Below, piece after piece: positions 24,777 to 34,948 of a stretch of 51,725 nucleotides of DNA. The stretch is taken from IMG/VR virus record IMGVR_UViG_2744054425_000001, positions 1 to 51,725 of that record, one strand, 5' to 3'. The translations under genes were made by a program, and so were the position numbers. Source of the DNA: a virus. Under the pieces are notes generated by a model that ran no database searches, was not told where the DNA came from, and saw only the letters and a program-made list of their open reading frames with translations. Numbering within the stretch: the stretch's first letter is position 1; each line of letters begins with the position of its first letter.

Positions 24777-25163
24777 ATGTCCGGAAACATTTTACAGGCC
24801 GCAAAGGCAGACGCAAAAAAGTACATTACCGCGGGTGGTTTCCAGGAAGATTTAACCATAAAGACGCCGGACGAAAACACGGTGTTGCAAATAACCGGGT
24901 TTGCCACAAAGCACCACATTAATTTTGATAGTGACGGCAACCCGGTAAACTCAAAAAACGTTCATATCTGTATAAGCGAATCGGATTTGGTGGCCAACAG
25001 TTACCAGGTAAGGAACGCCAAAGGCGAAGTGGCTTTAATAAACCACCGCGTTACGTTCAAAGATAGTTCCGGTTTGGATCGGGATTATATCATAAAAGAA
25101 ACATTACCGGACGAAACGTTGGGGTTGATCACATGTATTTTAGGAGATTTTAAGAGCAATTAA
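24777..25163 (+). CDS. Putative head-tail connector protein
   Basis: Lies between the capsid and sheath genes. No motif recognised. Confidence 0.4.
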   Translation: MSGNILQAAKADAKKYITAGGFQEDLTIKTPDENTVLQITGFATKHHINFDSDGNPVNSKNVHICISESDLVANSYQVRNAKGEVALINHRVTFKDSSGLDRDYIIKETLPDETLGLITCILGDFKSN

Positions 25164-25166
25164 ACA

Positions 25167-25769
25167 ATGGCGGCAATAATAACGGAAATAATACCACAAC
25201 AGGGTTTCGAGTTGGTCGGGGAGCGTATCGGCGCGGTTTTGGCGTTAGAATTGGCCAACCAAAAGGCGTTGCAATCATTGCCGGACGGTTTGGAGGTGTT
25301 CCGCGAAAGAATTACACCGTACGACAAAAGCGAAGATGTAATGGTAAATGTGTTGTTGAACAACATAACGTTTTCCAATTTTACGGAAAGCAACGCGGAA
25401 GGCGGCACCGTTTATTACGTGGACATTTACACCACGGGCATTGCGTCACCTGGTAAAACGGGCGGGCAAACGGCGGCCGCATTGCTGCAAAGATATTTGG
25501 GCATGGCGCGTTACATTTTGCAATCTACCAAATACAAAACATTGGATTTTGCACCCGGAACAATTGCCGGAACATACGTTGAAAACATACAGATTTATGA
25601 CATAGAGGACAATCAGGACGCCGCCAACGTAAAAATGGGCCGTTTAACGTTCCGTGTCAGGATTTACGAAGGGCAAAACCTTTGGGAAGGTGTGGACATG
25701 GGGCCATTGGCAACCATGGTAAAATTACAGGAAACTGAAAAAGGATATAAATACGAATTAAACAATTAA
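25167..25769 (+). CDS. Putative head-tail connector / tail completion protein
   Basis: Lies immediately upstream of the sheath gene. Confidence 0.4.
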   Translation: MAAIITEIIPQQGFELVGERIGAVLALELANQKALQSLPDGLEVFRERITPYDKSEDVMVNVLLNNITFSNFTESNAEGGTVYYVDIYTTGIASPGKTGGQTAAALLQRYLGMARYILQSTKYKTLDFAPGTIAGTYVENIQIYDIEDNQDAANVKMGRLTFRVRIYEGQNLWEGVDMGPLATMVKLQETEKGYKYELNN

Positions 25770-25773
25770 CAAA

Positions 25774-27294
25774 ATGACAGCAATAAGCACCGCCGTGGGA
25801 ACGGAACGCAAGTCCAGGACGTCAGGGTATAAGATCAAAAAAGGTTTTTTTGATAACGACCCGGCAAATTTACCGCAAATAATTGCAGTTTTTGGAGAAG
25901 CCAACACGGCAAACCAAAGCGGTTTAAGTACCGTTAAAAAGGAAATTACGTCCGCAAAGGAAGCCGCGGAATTGTACGGGTACGGATCACCTTTGCACCA
26001 AATGTTTAGGATTTTGCGCCCGGTGTCCGGTGACGGTGTGGGCGGTATCCCCACAATTGCATTTCCCCAGGCAGAAGCGGGCGGGGCAACCGCCACCGCA
26101 CACGAATGGACGGTAACAGGAACGGCCACCGCCAACGCAACGCATACAATTGTAATTGCCGGCCGTGGTTCCTTAGATTTTCTTAAATATTCGTTTGCCA
26201 TAGTAAAAGGGGACACGGCCACGGTAATTGCGGGAAAGATAAAAGACGCCATAAACGGGGTGTTGGGCAGTCCGGTAACGGCGGCCAATGTTGCCGGGGT
26301 GTTGACCATTACCACAAAATGGAAAGGAGTTACAAGTGCCAATTTAAAATCCACTATTGATTTGGGTACCAACGCCGCAGGCGTATCGTATAGCAAAACA
26401 GCGACCACGGACGGCGCCGGGGCCGCGGATTTGTCCGGAGCATTGGCGCAAATGGGCGACGTGTGGTACACCGTTGTGGTTAATCCTTATGGCGCGGCAG
26501 CGTTCGACGATTTGGAAGCCTTTAACGGCAGACCGGACGCGGACAACCCCACCGGAAGGTACGAAGGATCCGTTTTTAAACCGTTCATGGCCTTTTTTGG
26601 CAGCGTGTTGGACGATAAGGACGACATTGTGGCCATCACCAACGATTCCGCCAGGATCGAGGAAGTAACCAACGTATTGTGTCCCGCGCCAAAATCGGAG
26701 GGGTTCCCATGGGAAGCCGCCGCAAACGCCGCGCGTTTATTTGCCCGCACCATGCAGGACACCCCGCATTTGGACATTAACAACATGGCATATCCGGACA
26801 TGCCGGTGCCATCCAACGGAATAATTGGTGACATGGCAGATTATAACAACCGCGATTTGCTGGTAAAAAACGGCGCGTCCACGGTAGTGTTGGAAAATGA
26901 CAGTTATAAGGTTCAAGATTTTGTAACAACATACCATCCGGAAGGGGAAAACCCGTTGCAATACGCATACGCGCGCAACCTCAATTTGGATTGGAACGTG
27001 TCAGACAATTACAGGACATTGGAAAAACTTTTTGTAAAAGACCATGTTTTGATCCGTGACGGCCAAGTTACAGACGTTGCCAAGGCCATAAAACCAATAG
27101 AATGGAAAGGAATTGTGCAGGATTTATTTGTGGATTTGGCGGTAAAAGCGTTGATAAACGACCCGGATTTTTCCAAAGAAAGTTTGCGCGTGGAAATAGA
27201 CGGCACCAACCCGGACCGTTTCAATACATTTTTCCGGTATAAAAGAACAGGAATTGCACGCATAGAATCCACGGACGTGGAAGCGGGTTTTTAA
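25774..27294 (+). CDS. Contractile tail sheath protein
   Basis: 506 aa, followed by a tube-sized gene, a frameshifted chaperone and a tape measure gene. Confidence 0.7.
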   Translation: MTAISTAVGTERKSRTSGYKIKKGFFDNDPANLPQIIAVFGEANTANQSGLSTVKKEITSAKEAAELYGYGSPLHQMFRILRPVSGDGVGGIPTIAFPQAEAGGATATAHEWTVTGTATANATHTIVIAGRGSLDFLKYSFAIVKGDTATVIAGKIKDAINGVLGSPVTAANVAGVLTITTKWKGVTSANLKSTIDLGTNAAGVSYSKTATTDGAGAADLSGALAQMGDVWYTVVVNPYGAAAFDDLEAFNGRPDADNPTGRYEGSVFKPFMAFFGSVLDDKDDIVAITNDSARIEEVTNVLCPAPKSEGFPWEAAANAARLFARTMQDTPHLDINNMAYPDMPVPSNGIIGDMADYNNRDLLVKNGASTVVLENDSYKVQDFVTTYHPEGENPLQYAYARNLNLDWNVSDNYRTLEKLFVKDHVLIRDGQVTDVAKAIKPIEWKGIVQDLFVDLAVKALINDPDFSKESLRVEIDGTNPDRFNTFFRYKRTGIARIESTDVEAGF

Positions 27295-27323
27295 TAAATC
27301 ATTAATCTAAAAAAAAAGAAATT

Positions 27324-27731
27324 ATGCCACAGTACATAGGCGGCGACATTACGGAAATTGTGTGCAAACATTCATTGGGCACATTCCGTTTTCAGGCCAA
27401 GAGCAACGAAGATTTTACCATTAACACCGGCGGGTTTAGATCCAACGACGACGCCAACGGAATTACCGGTGGGGGTGAAATGATAGACCAGGTCAACAAC
27501 ACCCGTTGGTCCATGGAGGGACCAATTGCCGTGGACATGAAAAGCGGCAACGAATCGGTTAATTTGCAAAAATTGGCAGAATCGGCCGAATTGGGCATTT
27601 GGACCATTACCCATGTTTCCGGGGTGGTACAAAAAGGAAAGGGAAAACCCGTTGGGGACCTTAATTATTCAACAAATAACGCCCAAATGACCTTAAAAGT
27701 GGCGGGATCCGGTAAACTTGAAAACCTATAG
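27324..27731 (+). CDS. Tail tube protein
   Basis: 135 aa, located directly after the sheath gene. Confidence 0.6.
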   Translation: MPQYIGGDITEIVCKHSLGTFRFQAKSNEDFTINTGGFRSNDDANGITGGGEMIDQVNNTRWSMEGPIAVDMKSGNESVNLQKLAESAELGIWTITHVSGVVQKGKGKPVGDLNYSTNNAQMTLKVAGSGKLENL

Positions 27732-27735
27732 TGAT

Positions 27736-28173
27736 ATGACAAAAAAAAGTAAAATTAGTGAGGACGTAGCATTGGCCGACCTTAAAAAATTTTTAGAGAA
27801 ATACAAGGCCAAGGAAATGCGGCGCGGGCAATTAAAGGACGATAAGATAAAAGACGACTATGTGGACGTGTTGGAAGCGATCCAGGACGGTTTTATGGTG
27901 TTCGATGATAAGCACAACCCAAAATATACATTGCGGGTTCCTTTGGAAACGGACGGCGGCAACCCGGAATTGGCCACAAGGGAAATTTTATTTAAAACCC
28001 GTGTCCGTCCATCCGTTAAGGCGGATCTAATGGACGGGTTAAAGATAGAAACGCAATTGGGCAAATTTTCCATTAGGTACATGGGATATATTGCGGATTT
28101 ATCGGCCGGCGACATAGACAAATTGGACCCGGAGGATTACGACGTTATAAACCAAATTTGTTCAGTTTTTTAG
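27736..28173 (+). CDS. Tail assembly chaperone (G-like)
   Basis: Lies upstream of the tape measure gene and ends in a T6 slippery run. The start is refined to the ATG at 27736. Confidence 0.65.
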   Translation: MTKKSKISEDVALADLKKFLEKYKAKEMRRGQLKDDKIKDDYVDVLEAIQDGFMVFDDKHNPKYTLRVPLETDGGNPELATREILFKTRVRPSVKADLMDGLKIETQLGKFSIRYMGYIADLSAGDIDKLDPEDYDVINQICSVF

Positions 28174-28352
28174 ACGGGTGGACATTGGGCGGCACGGACG
28201 CCATGATTAAATCCGTGGTCCGGTATTTCAAATGGACACCCGAAACAATAGACCAACTTTTTTTGGATGATTACGATCATCACGGGTTGGTCTATTGGTA
28301 TAAAGACGTAGAAGAACAGGAAAAGGCAATGAAAAACCACAAAAAAAAGTAA
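28158..28352 (+). CDS. -1 frame extension of the tail chaperone (GT-like product)
   Basis: This ORF is open in the -1 frame from the slippery site to 1 nt before the tape measure ATG. It has no ATG of its own. Confidence 0.55.
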   Translation: MFSFLDGWTLGGTDAMIKSVVRYFKWTPETIDQLFLDDYDHHGLVYWYKDVEEQEKAMKNHKKK

Positions 28353-30215
28353 ATGGGGGCAACGATCAAAATTCCCGCGGAGTTTAGGGCAATAGACAAA
28401 TTTAGTGGCGTAATTAAGGCAATGACACGGGGCGTTCGTAATTTTTCCAACAACGGAATTGCGGCCGTCCGCCGTTTTGATATGCGCGTACAACGTACAT
28501 TTTCCAAGTTAAACCGCATGGTGGGCAATTTTGGTGTGTTAATGGGCGGTGCGGCCATTGTGGGGGCCATTGGCGGGGCCATAAGCATTACCGCAGATTA
28601 TGAACAGGCCAACGCCAATTTGGCGGCGGTAATGGGCAAGACCGTGGAACAGACCCAGGCATTACAGGCAGATTCCAAATTGTTGGGATCAATTACCAAA
28701 TTTACGTCCGCAGAAGTTACCGGGCTGCAAACGGAATACGCCAAATTGGGGTTTGTAGAGGACGAAATTTTAAAAGTTACCAAAGGCACATTGGCGTTGG
28801 CCGCGGCCACCGGCACGGATTTGGACCAGGCCGCCGCCCAGGTCGGCGCCACCATACGTGCGTTTGGTTATGACGCCAAAGAAGCGGCCAGGGTTTCGGA
28901 CGCGTTCGCGGCGTCCACGTCAAAATCCGCATTGAATATGGAATTTTTAAACACCGCCATGTCTATTGTGGCCCCGGTGGCGTCTAAATTTGGGTTTGAG
29001 GTGGAAGGCGTTTTGGCATTGTTGGGCAATTTGGCGGATAGTGGTTTTGATGCAAGTTCCGCGGCCACGGCAACCCGTAACATACTTTTAAATTTAGCGG
29101 ACGCCAACGGAAAATTGGCCAAATCATTGGGAAAACCGGTCAAGGATCTACCTAGTTTAGTGGCCGGCCTTAAAAAATTGGACGCCCAGGGGGTTAATTT
29201 GGCCAAAATGTTAGAATTAACGGACGTTAGGAGCGTTGCGGCATTTTCTACATTCGTAAAGGGTACGGATAAGATTTTGGATTTAAACGACGCGTTAAAC
29301 GTGGCGGGCGGATCGGCCCAGGCTATGGCGGACAAACAATTGGCCACCTTAACAGGTAAGACCACCATTTTACGGTCCGCGTACGAAGGTTTTATATTAT
29401 CGCTAGACAACGGAAAAGGGCCATACTCACAGACCATAAAAAACGTGGTGGATACCGCCACGGAAATGTTGTCCATGGCGTCCGGGACTGCCAAGGCGGC
29501 CACGGAAATGTCGGAAGGGGAATTAAAAATAAGGGCATACGCGGAAGCGGGCATAAAAGCGGTAAAAGTTATTGGAGGTTTAACCGCCGCGTATTTGGCG
29601 TTTAAAGTGGGGCTAATGGCGTACAACGTAGCCATGGGCGTGTACACGGTGTCCACACAGATTGCCACAGCGGCCACCACCGCTTTTGGGGTGGCTTTAA
29701 ATTTAGGGTTATGGCCAATTTTGGCCATCATTGCCGGTATTGCTGCCATTATAGCCATATTTTACTATTGGGACGAAATAACCGCGTGGTTTGGTAAGCA
29801 ATGGACAACGTTTACCGGTATGTTGGGCGCGGTATGGGATAACCTGGTGAAATGGTTTAAAAATTTCAGCTTTAAAGACTTTTTTAAGAGCATAGGCCAA
29901 AGCCTAATGAAGTATTTGTTATGGCCAATGAAACAATTATTGACACTATTGTCCAAGCTGCCCGGAAAAGTGGGCAAAATGGCGTCCATGGGGTTGGATA
30001 AGATCGGCGAAATGTCCGGCGAATTGGATGTGAACGACAGCCGCAAACCATTGGATGGTCCGGAGGTGAACAACGCCAATATTACCAAAGAAACGGTAAC
30101 GCGCAATAGTTTGGCCATAGACATTAACGACCCAGGAAACAACGTAAAAAACACAAGATCGGAAGGGCCGTTGGCCATACCGGTTAAAGTGTCCAACACA
30201 CAAGGAAATAATTAA
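28353..30215 (+). CDS. Tail tape measure protein
   Basis: 620 aa, Ala/Gly/Leu-rich and helical. A TM-like segment GLWPILAIIAGIAAIIAIFYYW is present. AAVMGKTVEQTQALQADSKLLGSITKFTSAEV resembles the TP901-type TMP core. Confidence 0.85.
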   Translation: MGATIKIPAEFRAIDKFSGVIKAMTRGVRNFSNNGIAAVRRFDMRVQRTFSKLNRMVGNFGVLMGGAAIVGAIGGAISITADYEQANANLAAVMGKTVEQTQALQADSKLLGSITKFTSAEVTGLQTEYAKLGFVEDEILKVTKGTLALAAATGTDLDQAAAQVGATIRAFGYDAKEAARVSDAFAASTSKSALNMEFLNTAMSIVAPVASKFGFEVEGVLALLGNLADSGFDASSAATATRNILLNLADANGKLAKSLGKPVKDLPSLVAGLKKLDAQGVNLAKMLELTDVRSVAAFSTFVKGTDKILDLNDALNVAGGSAQAMADKQLATLTGKTTILRSAYEGFILSLDNGKGPYSQTIKNVVDTATEMLSMASGTAKAATEMSEGELKIRAYAEAGIKAVKVIGGLTAAYLAFKVGLMAYNVAMGVYTVSTQIATAATTAFGVALNLGLWPILAIIAGIAAIIAIFYYWDEITAWFGKQWTTFTGMLGAVWDNLVKWFKNFSFKDFFKSIGQSLMKYLLWPMKQLLTLLSKLPGKVGKMASMGLDKIGEMSGELDVNDSRKPLDGPEVNNANITKETVTRNSLAIDINDPGNNVKNTRSEGPLAIPVKVSNTQGNN

Positions 30216-30217
30216 TT

Positions 30218-30694
30218 ATGACAAAGGACATTGCAATTTCGGAGTTTGGAAGCGGCGGCGACGTGGCCATTATTGGCAACGATTTGGCATTGTCGGAAAA
30301 GTTGTTGCAAGCCATTTATATTGCGTTGTTCGGCGGCAATTTGGAAGCCGTTACCCAGGGCAACGAATTGGAAGGCCAGGAAAGGAACGACTATTGGGCC
30401 AACGGGTTGTTGTGGTCGGACGAAAACAACAAACAGTTTAACAGCGTAACGGAAAACACATTGTGTAACGTGGTGTTGAACAGTTCCGGAAGGTTGCAGA
30501 TTTTAAGCGCCGTTGAAAAGGATTTGGAATTTTTGTCCGGCATTGCCAACGTTGACGTGGACGTGTCCATTTTAACGTACAACCGCGTGGAAATTAGCGT
30601 AAAAATATCCAGGTTGGACAATTTACAGGAAAAGCAATTGCAAATGGTATTTGATAATGCCAAAAATGAATTGATAACATTTACAGAAATATGA
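30218..30694 (+). CDS. Small baseplate protein (gp25/W- or XkdS-like, tentative)
   Basis: Lies immediately upstream of the J-like gene. Contains GDVAIIGNDLALSEKLLQAIYIALFG. Confidence 0.4.
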   Translation: MTKDIAISEFGSGGDVAIIGNDLALSEKLLQAIYIALFGGNLEAVTQGNELEGQERNDYWANGLLWSDENNKQFNSVTENTLCNVVLNSSGRLQILSAVEKDLEFLSGIANVDVDVSILTYNRVEISVKISRLDNLQEKQLQMVFDNAKNELITFTEI

Positions 30695-31866
30695 AACAGA
30701 TTCCAACCACAAAAGCCATTTACGAATCCATAGAAAAGGATTTGCGCGCCAAATTGGATTTGTCGGACGACAATTTGCGACGGGTTTTAAACGCGTTGGC
30801 GGCGTCCGTTGCAGCGCAAATAAAACTATTGTATTTGTACACATTGGACGTGCAAAAAAACATATTCCCGGACACGGCGGACACGGCAGAAAACGGCGGC
30901 GAATTGGAAAGATTGGGACGCATATATTTAAACCGCGACCCCAACCCGGCCACCGCGGGCGTGTACAAAATACAGTTGACCGGGGAATCCGGATCCGTAA
31001 TACGTCCGGACCTTACATTTAAAAGCAATGAGGACAGCAAAAGCCCCGGAAATTTATATGTTACGGACGCCGAATACATTTTAACGGGCGCAAACGATTT
31101 TATAGAAATACGCGCGTTGGACGGCGGAACGGAATTTGGTTTGGACGTTTCCAACGAATTGACCATAACCGAACCGGTTTTGGGCGTGGATCAATTGGTG
31201 CAAGTAACCGAAGTGGTAGAACAACCAAAGGCAGCGGAAACAACCGCGGCATATAGACAGGCCATTTTAAATGCCATTCAGTTGGAGCCACAGGGCGGAA
31301 GCAAAACAGATTACCGGTTGTGGGCAGCGGACGCCCAGGGCGTGCGGCAGGTGTACCCCTACATTAAGGACAGCAACGCGGGTGTGGTACAAATATTTGT
31401 GGAAGCCAACCCGGACGACAGCACGGACGGCAAAGGCACCCCAGGAGCGCCAATATTAACAGAAGTGGAAGAAGTGTTGGAAATGGACCCGGACGAAACC
31501 AAACCCACCAACGAACGCGGGCGGCGCCCTATACAATCCACATTGGAAGTGGCGGCCATTTCTTTGGTTCCGGTAGATGTGGACATTACGGCATTGGATA
31601 CGGACACCACCGCCATACGGTCCGCCATAGAAACCAATTTGGTGGCATACCTGTTTAATGTTAGGCCATACATTGCCGGGGCGGATCTTAGCAGGAACAA
31701 AAACGACATTTTATATTCCGCCCGTTTACAATCCGTGGTAACGGACGTGTTGGAAAGTAGCAATTTTTTTACGGATTTTGTCATGTCGGTAAACGGGGTG
31801 GCCGTGTCGTCGTATGAGTTTTCAGGGGCAAACATTCCATATTTAAGAAACTTAAATTTTGTTTAA
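30691..31866 (+). CDS. Baseplate J-like protein
   Basis: The pattern ENGGELERLGRIYLNRDPNPATAGVYKIQLTGESGSVIRPDLTF fits the gpJ/gp47 family. Confidence 0.65.
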   Translation: MKQIPTTKAIYESIEKDLRAKLDLSDDNLRRVLNALAASVAAQIKLLYLYTLDVQKNIFPDTADTAENGGELERLGRIYLNRDPNPATAGVYKIQLTGESGSVIRPDLTFKSNEDSKSPGNLYVTDAEYILTGANDFIEIRALDGGTEFGLDVSNELTITEPVLGVDQLVQVTEVVEQPKAAETTAAYRQAILNAIQLEPQGGSKTDYRLWAADAQGVRQVYPYIKDSNAGVVQIFVEANPDDSTDGKGTPGAPILTEVEEVLEMDPDETKPTNERGRRPIQSTLEVAAISLVPVDVDITALDTDTTAIRSAIETNLVAYLFNVRPYIAGADLSRNKNDILYSARLQSVVTDVLESSNFFTDFVMSVNGVAVSSYEFSGANIPYLRNLNFV

Positions 31867-32667
31867 ATGGGGTACGAAGTAACAGCCAAGAGCACGCAAT
31901 TTGGATATGGTACGCCGTTTGGTTTTAAAACGCCGCACAAATACCCCCAGGATTTGGAACAAAGTTTGTCCGAAACGTTTTTGGGATTAACAAAACAACT
32001 TTATCCAACGGGGCGCGCGTTCAACATACCGGAAAAAAGCACATACGAAAAATTGCACAAAGGTATTAATACGTCAATGATCCGGTTAACCCAGGATGTA
32101 AAGAGCGTGGTTAACAAATCCATACCGGACAACGACGATTTTGTGGAAGCGGACGCAACGTTGTGGGAAAATAAATTGGGGTTGTTTATAAACCCCGCCA
32201 CTACTTTGGAAAACAGAAAGTCCGCCATTATGCGCAAAATGGCATACCCCACCAACATTAAAGCGCGCCAAAATCCAAATTTTTTGGAAGCACAATTGCG
32301 GTTGTCAGGGTTTAACGTTCGGGTGTATGAAAACAAGTTTTTGGAGGGTGGCGAATGGGTACACAAGACCCCGGACGAAGTGGCCGCCACAAGTGCAACA
32401 CAGACCCAACACGGCGGAACGTTGCAACATGGGGGCGGCACCCAACATGGAAGTGGCGGTTTTTCGGTAATTGCCAATAGTTTGGACAGTTCGGAAAATT
32501 ACAATGTGGGCGGGGGTTCCAATTTGTGGGCGTCGTTCTACATTTCCGGGGACACCGTAAACGAAATGGCCACCGTGGACAAAGCACGCGAAAAGGAGTT
32601 TAGAGAATTAGTATTAAAATTAAAACCGGCCCATTTGGTGGCGTTTTTATTTATAAATTTTATATAA
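31867..32667 (+). CDS. Baseplate/tail protein, P2 gpI-like (DUF2313-like, tentative)
   Basis: Follows the J-like gene. Contains a LYPTGRAFN motif. Confidence 0.45.
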   Translation: MGYEVTAKSTQFGYGTPFGFKTPHKYPQDLEQSLSETFLGLTKQLYPTGRAFNIPEKSTYEKLHKGINTSMIRLTQDVKSVVNKSIPDNDDFVEADATLWENKLGLFINPATTLENRKSAIMRKMAYPTNIKARQNPNFLEAQLRLSGFNVRVYENKFLEGGEWVHKTPDEVAATSATQTQHGGTLQHGGGTQHGSGGFSVIANSLDSSENYNVGGGSNLWASFYISGDTVNEMATVDKAREKEFRELVLKLKPAHLVAFLFINFI

Positions 32668-32668
32668 A

Positions 32669-33727
32669 ATGGCAAGGGACAAAGCAACATTAACGAACAT
32701 TGATAAATCCAATTTAACGGATTTTCCAAACGGGCGTATTAAGGACAACAGCGGGGCCGGGGACGGGACACCGGTAAACGAAAGGGTGTACGGGGATTTG
32801 CACGAAGTTTTCGCAAAATTAATGCGGTTGTACGGCATTAGTTACAACGGGTTGCCGGACAATGAAACAAACGGGTACCAATTATTGGACGCGTTGGTGG
32901 CGTTGGCATCCAAAAACGATTACATTTTGGACATTGGCAGCGTGGGCGGAAAATTAACGGTCCCGGTAAAATTGGGATCATTAAAAACCGGGGAATCCAT
33001 AGTGTGCAAAGCCACAGTAAACAAAGGATCCGAAACCGTCATAAAAGGTACATTGGACAACACGGACAAAACGGTGTCGTTTGTCGGAAGTTTTTTAAAT
33101 GGTGAATACGTGCGGTTGATCAACACCGGCGCAAATATAACATTGGTCCGTTTGGTGGACATTTCCAACATTGATTCGGTAGTTACTGCCAATAGTTTTT
33201 TAAAGGCGGCCACAACGGCCCAGGAAAAGGCCGGCACATTAAACACCGTGGCCACCACCCCGTTGGGCAACATATTGGCATTTGCGGAATGGGTAAACGG
33301 TACGCCGTCCGCGGCTAGTTTGGCCACCGCATTGCGCAACGGGTTGTACCCAAAGGAACATTTTTCCATTGTGGAGAACATAGGCAACGACCGCGTGCGC
33401 AACATTGGTTTTTTTAGTGGTATCCAGGTGGACGGCGACCCAATGAATACGTTTTACACCGTGGGCGGGGACGTAACGGTGGCCAAGAAAACAGGCAACG
33501 ACGGCGACACGGATTTAATAACAATAACCATGGCCAACGCAATGGACAATACCAATTATTTTGTGCGCACGTTTATACAATCCCAGGGCAACCAAAAAAA
33601 CGATTCGGAAATGGAATGTCCCAATTTTAGGCCCATAAGCACCACCCAATTTATATTGGCATTGCGTGAAAGTGGCAGCGTGGTACAAAATTTAAAAATA
33701 CACATGGAAGTTGTACAAATATCATAA
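32669..33727 (+). CDS. Tail fibre protein 1
   Basis: Follows the baseplate wedge genes. Its N-terminal ~85 aa are paralogous to the next gene. Confidence 0.6.
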   Translation: MARDKATLTNIDKSNLTDFPNGRIKDNSGAGDGTPVNERVYGDLHEVFAKLMRLYGISYNGLPDNETNGYQLLDALVALASKNDYILDIGSVGGKLTVPVKLGSLKTGESIVCKATVNKGSETVIKGTLDNTDKTVSFVGSFLNGEYVRLINTGANITLVRLVDISNIDSVVTANSFLKAATTAQEKAGTLNTVATTPLGNILAFAEWVNGTPSAASLATALRNGLYPKEHFSIVENIGNDRVRNIGFFSGIQVDGDPMNTFYTVGGDVTVAKKTGNDGDTDLITITMANAMDNTNYFVRTFIQSQGNQKNDSEMECPNFRPISTTQFILALRESGSVVQNLKIHMEVVQIS

Positions 33728-33729
33728 GC

Positions 33730-34893
33730 ATGAGAACAATAAAACATTTAGCGGTACCACAGGACACGGATTTGTCCAAATGGCCCAATGGCCAATTAAA
33801 AAACGAAACGGACAGCGAAGCGGGAACGCCCGTTGTGCGCGAAATTTTGGGCGATCCATTAACAAATATTTACGCCATTTTAACCGCTGCAGGAATTACG
33901 CCCAATGGCCAGGAGGACAGCGAAACAAACGGGTACCAATTTTTGGAAGCGTTGCAGAAATTGGCCAACGTTTTAAACGACGTGGAACAAATATTGACAT
34001 TGACCGGCACCGTGTGGTCCGTAAACATGGATTTGGACAATTTACCGGACAAATATGTATTTATTGCCAGGGTAACGGAAGATTACAACGACGCGGTGGG
34101 GTACACCATAGAGGGTACCGGATCCAATAGTTACGCGTTAACGTCCGCCACAGGATTTAAAGCCGCGGAAACCGTGTTGGTGGTATTGGATCATTCCGGC
34201 GTAAGGGTGTTGAGTTTAACAGCGTCCGCCACCACGTCGGAAGATGTGTTTACGGTATTTGGCACCCCGGTGTCCTTCAATAGTTCGTCTAAAATGTATT
34301 ATGAGGAAAACGGCAGTTTGTTAACGGACACCCCCACCATAAACCATTTGCAAAACATAATCAGGGTGGCAGAAAGCAACGGCACGTTGTTGGTTTACAA
34401 CATGTTTATTATGCAGGGCCACGCGTTGTGTTTTTGTTATTTACCGGACGTACAGACATACAAATTTTACCAATTTGATTTAAATGATTTGGACACCGCG
34501 GAATTGGTAACGGTGGAAGAAATTGTAATACCGACGGGATCCAACAACGAGCCATACGCATATACGGACGGCACCATGGTATATTTAACCAATTTGGCCG
34601 GGACCACCACAAACGATTACGAGTTGGCCGGGCTAACGTACGACCCCAACGCCAAAACATTAAACAATGATATTACCAGGATATTGGACACCGGGTTTAC
34701 CAAGACCACAAACGCCGTAATACAGCCAAATGAATTGGTAACATTTGTGGCGGGTGCTTTAAAAAAGTACAATTTAAGCACGGGCGCGGAAACGTATTTG
34801 GCAGATTATAACACCTTTATGGGGGCAATATTCAGGTTTAACGGAAACACCTATTATTCCAACGGCGAAGTGGCCAAAAAATGGACGGTATAA
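33730..34893 (+). CDS. Tail fibre protein 2 (paralogous N-terminus, divergent C-terminus)
   Basis: Shares PNG..K...GTPV...GD...L...GI..NG..D.ETNGYQ.L.AL..LA with fibre 1. Confidence 0.6.
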   Translation: MRTIKHLAVPQDTDLSKWPNGQLKNETDSEAGTPVVREILGDPLTNIYAILTAAGITPNGQEDSETNGYQFLEALQKLANVLNDVEQILTLTGTVWSVNMDLDNLPDKYVFIARVTEDYNDAVGYTIEGTGSNSYALTSATGFKAAETVLVVLDHSGVRVLSLTASATTSEDVFTVFGTPVSFNSSSKMYYEENGSLLTDTPTINHLQNIIRVAESNGTLLVYNMFIMQGHALCFCYLPDVQTYKFYQFDLNDLDTAELVTVEEIVIPTGSNNEPYAYTDGTMVYLTNLAGTTTNDYELAGLTYDPNAKTLNNDITRILDTGFTKTTNAVIQPNELVTFVAGALKKYNLSTGAETYLADYNTFMGAIFRFNGNTYYSNGEVAKKWTV

Positions 34894-34948
34894 ACCCGTT
34901 ATATAATTCAAAAAAAAAGTTGTAATAATTTTAAAATAAAAATGTTTT

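Noticed and set aside
25758-26471. 237-aa minus-strand ORF inside the sheath gene. Similar cases occur at 28868..29758 (296 aa) and 29765..30199 in the tape measure gene, and at 31359..31835 and 32001..32477.
   Set aside because: These are antisense shadows of Ala/Gly/Thr-rich structural genes. They yield Ala/Val/Pro-rich low-complexity products. The plus-strand genes have clear synteny and coupling.
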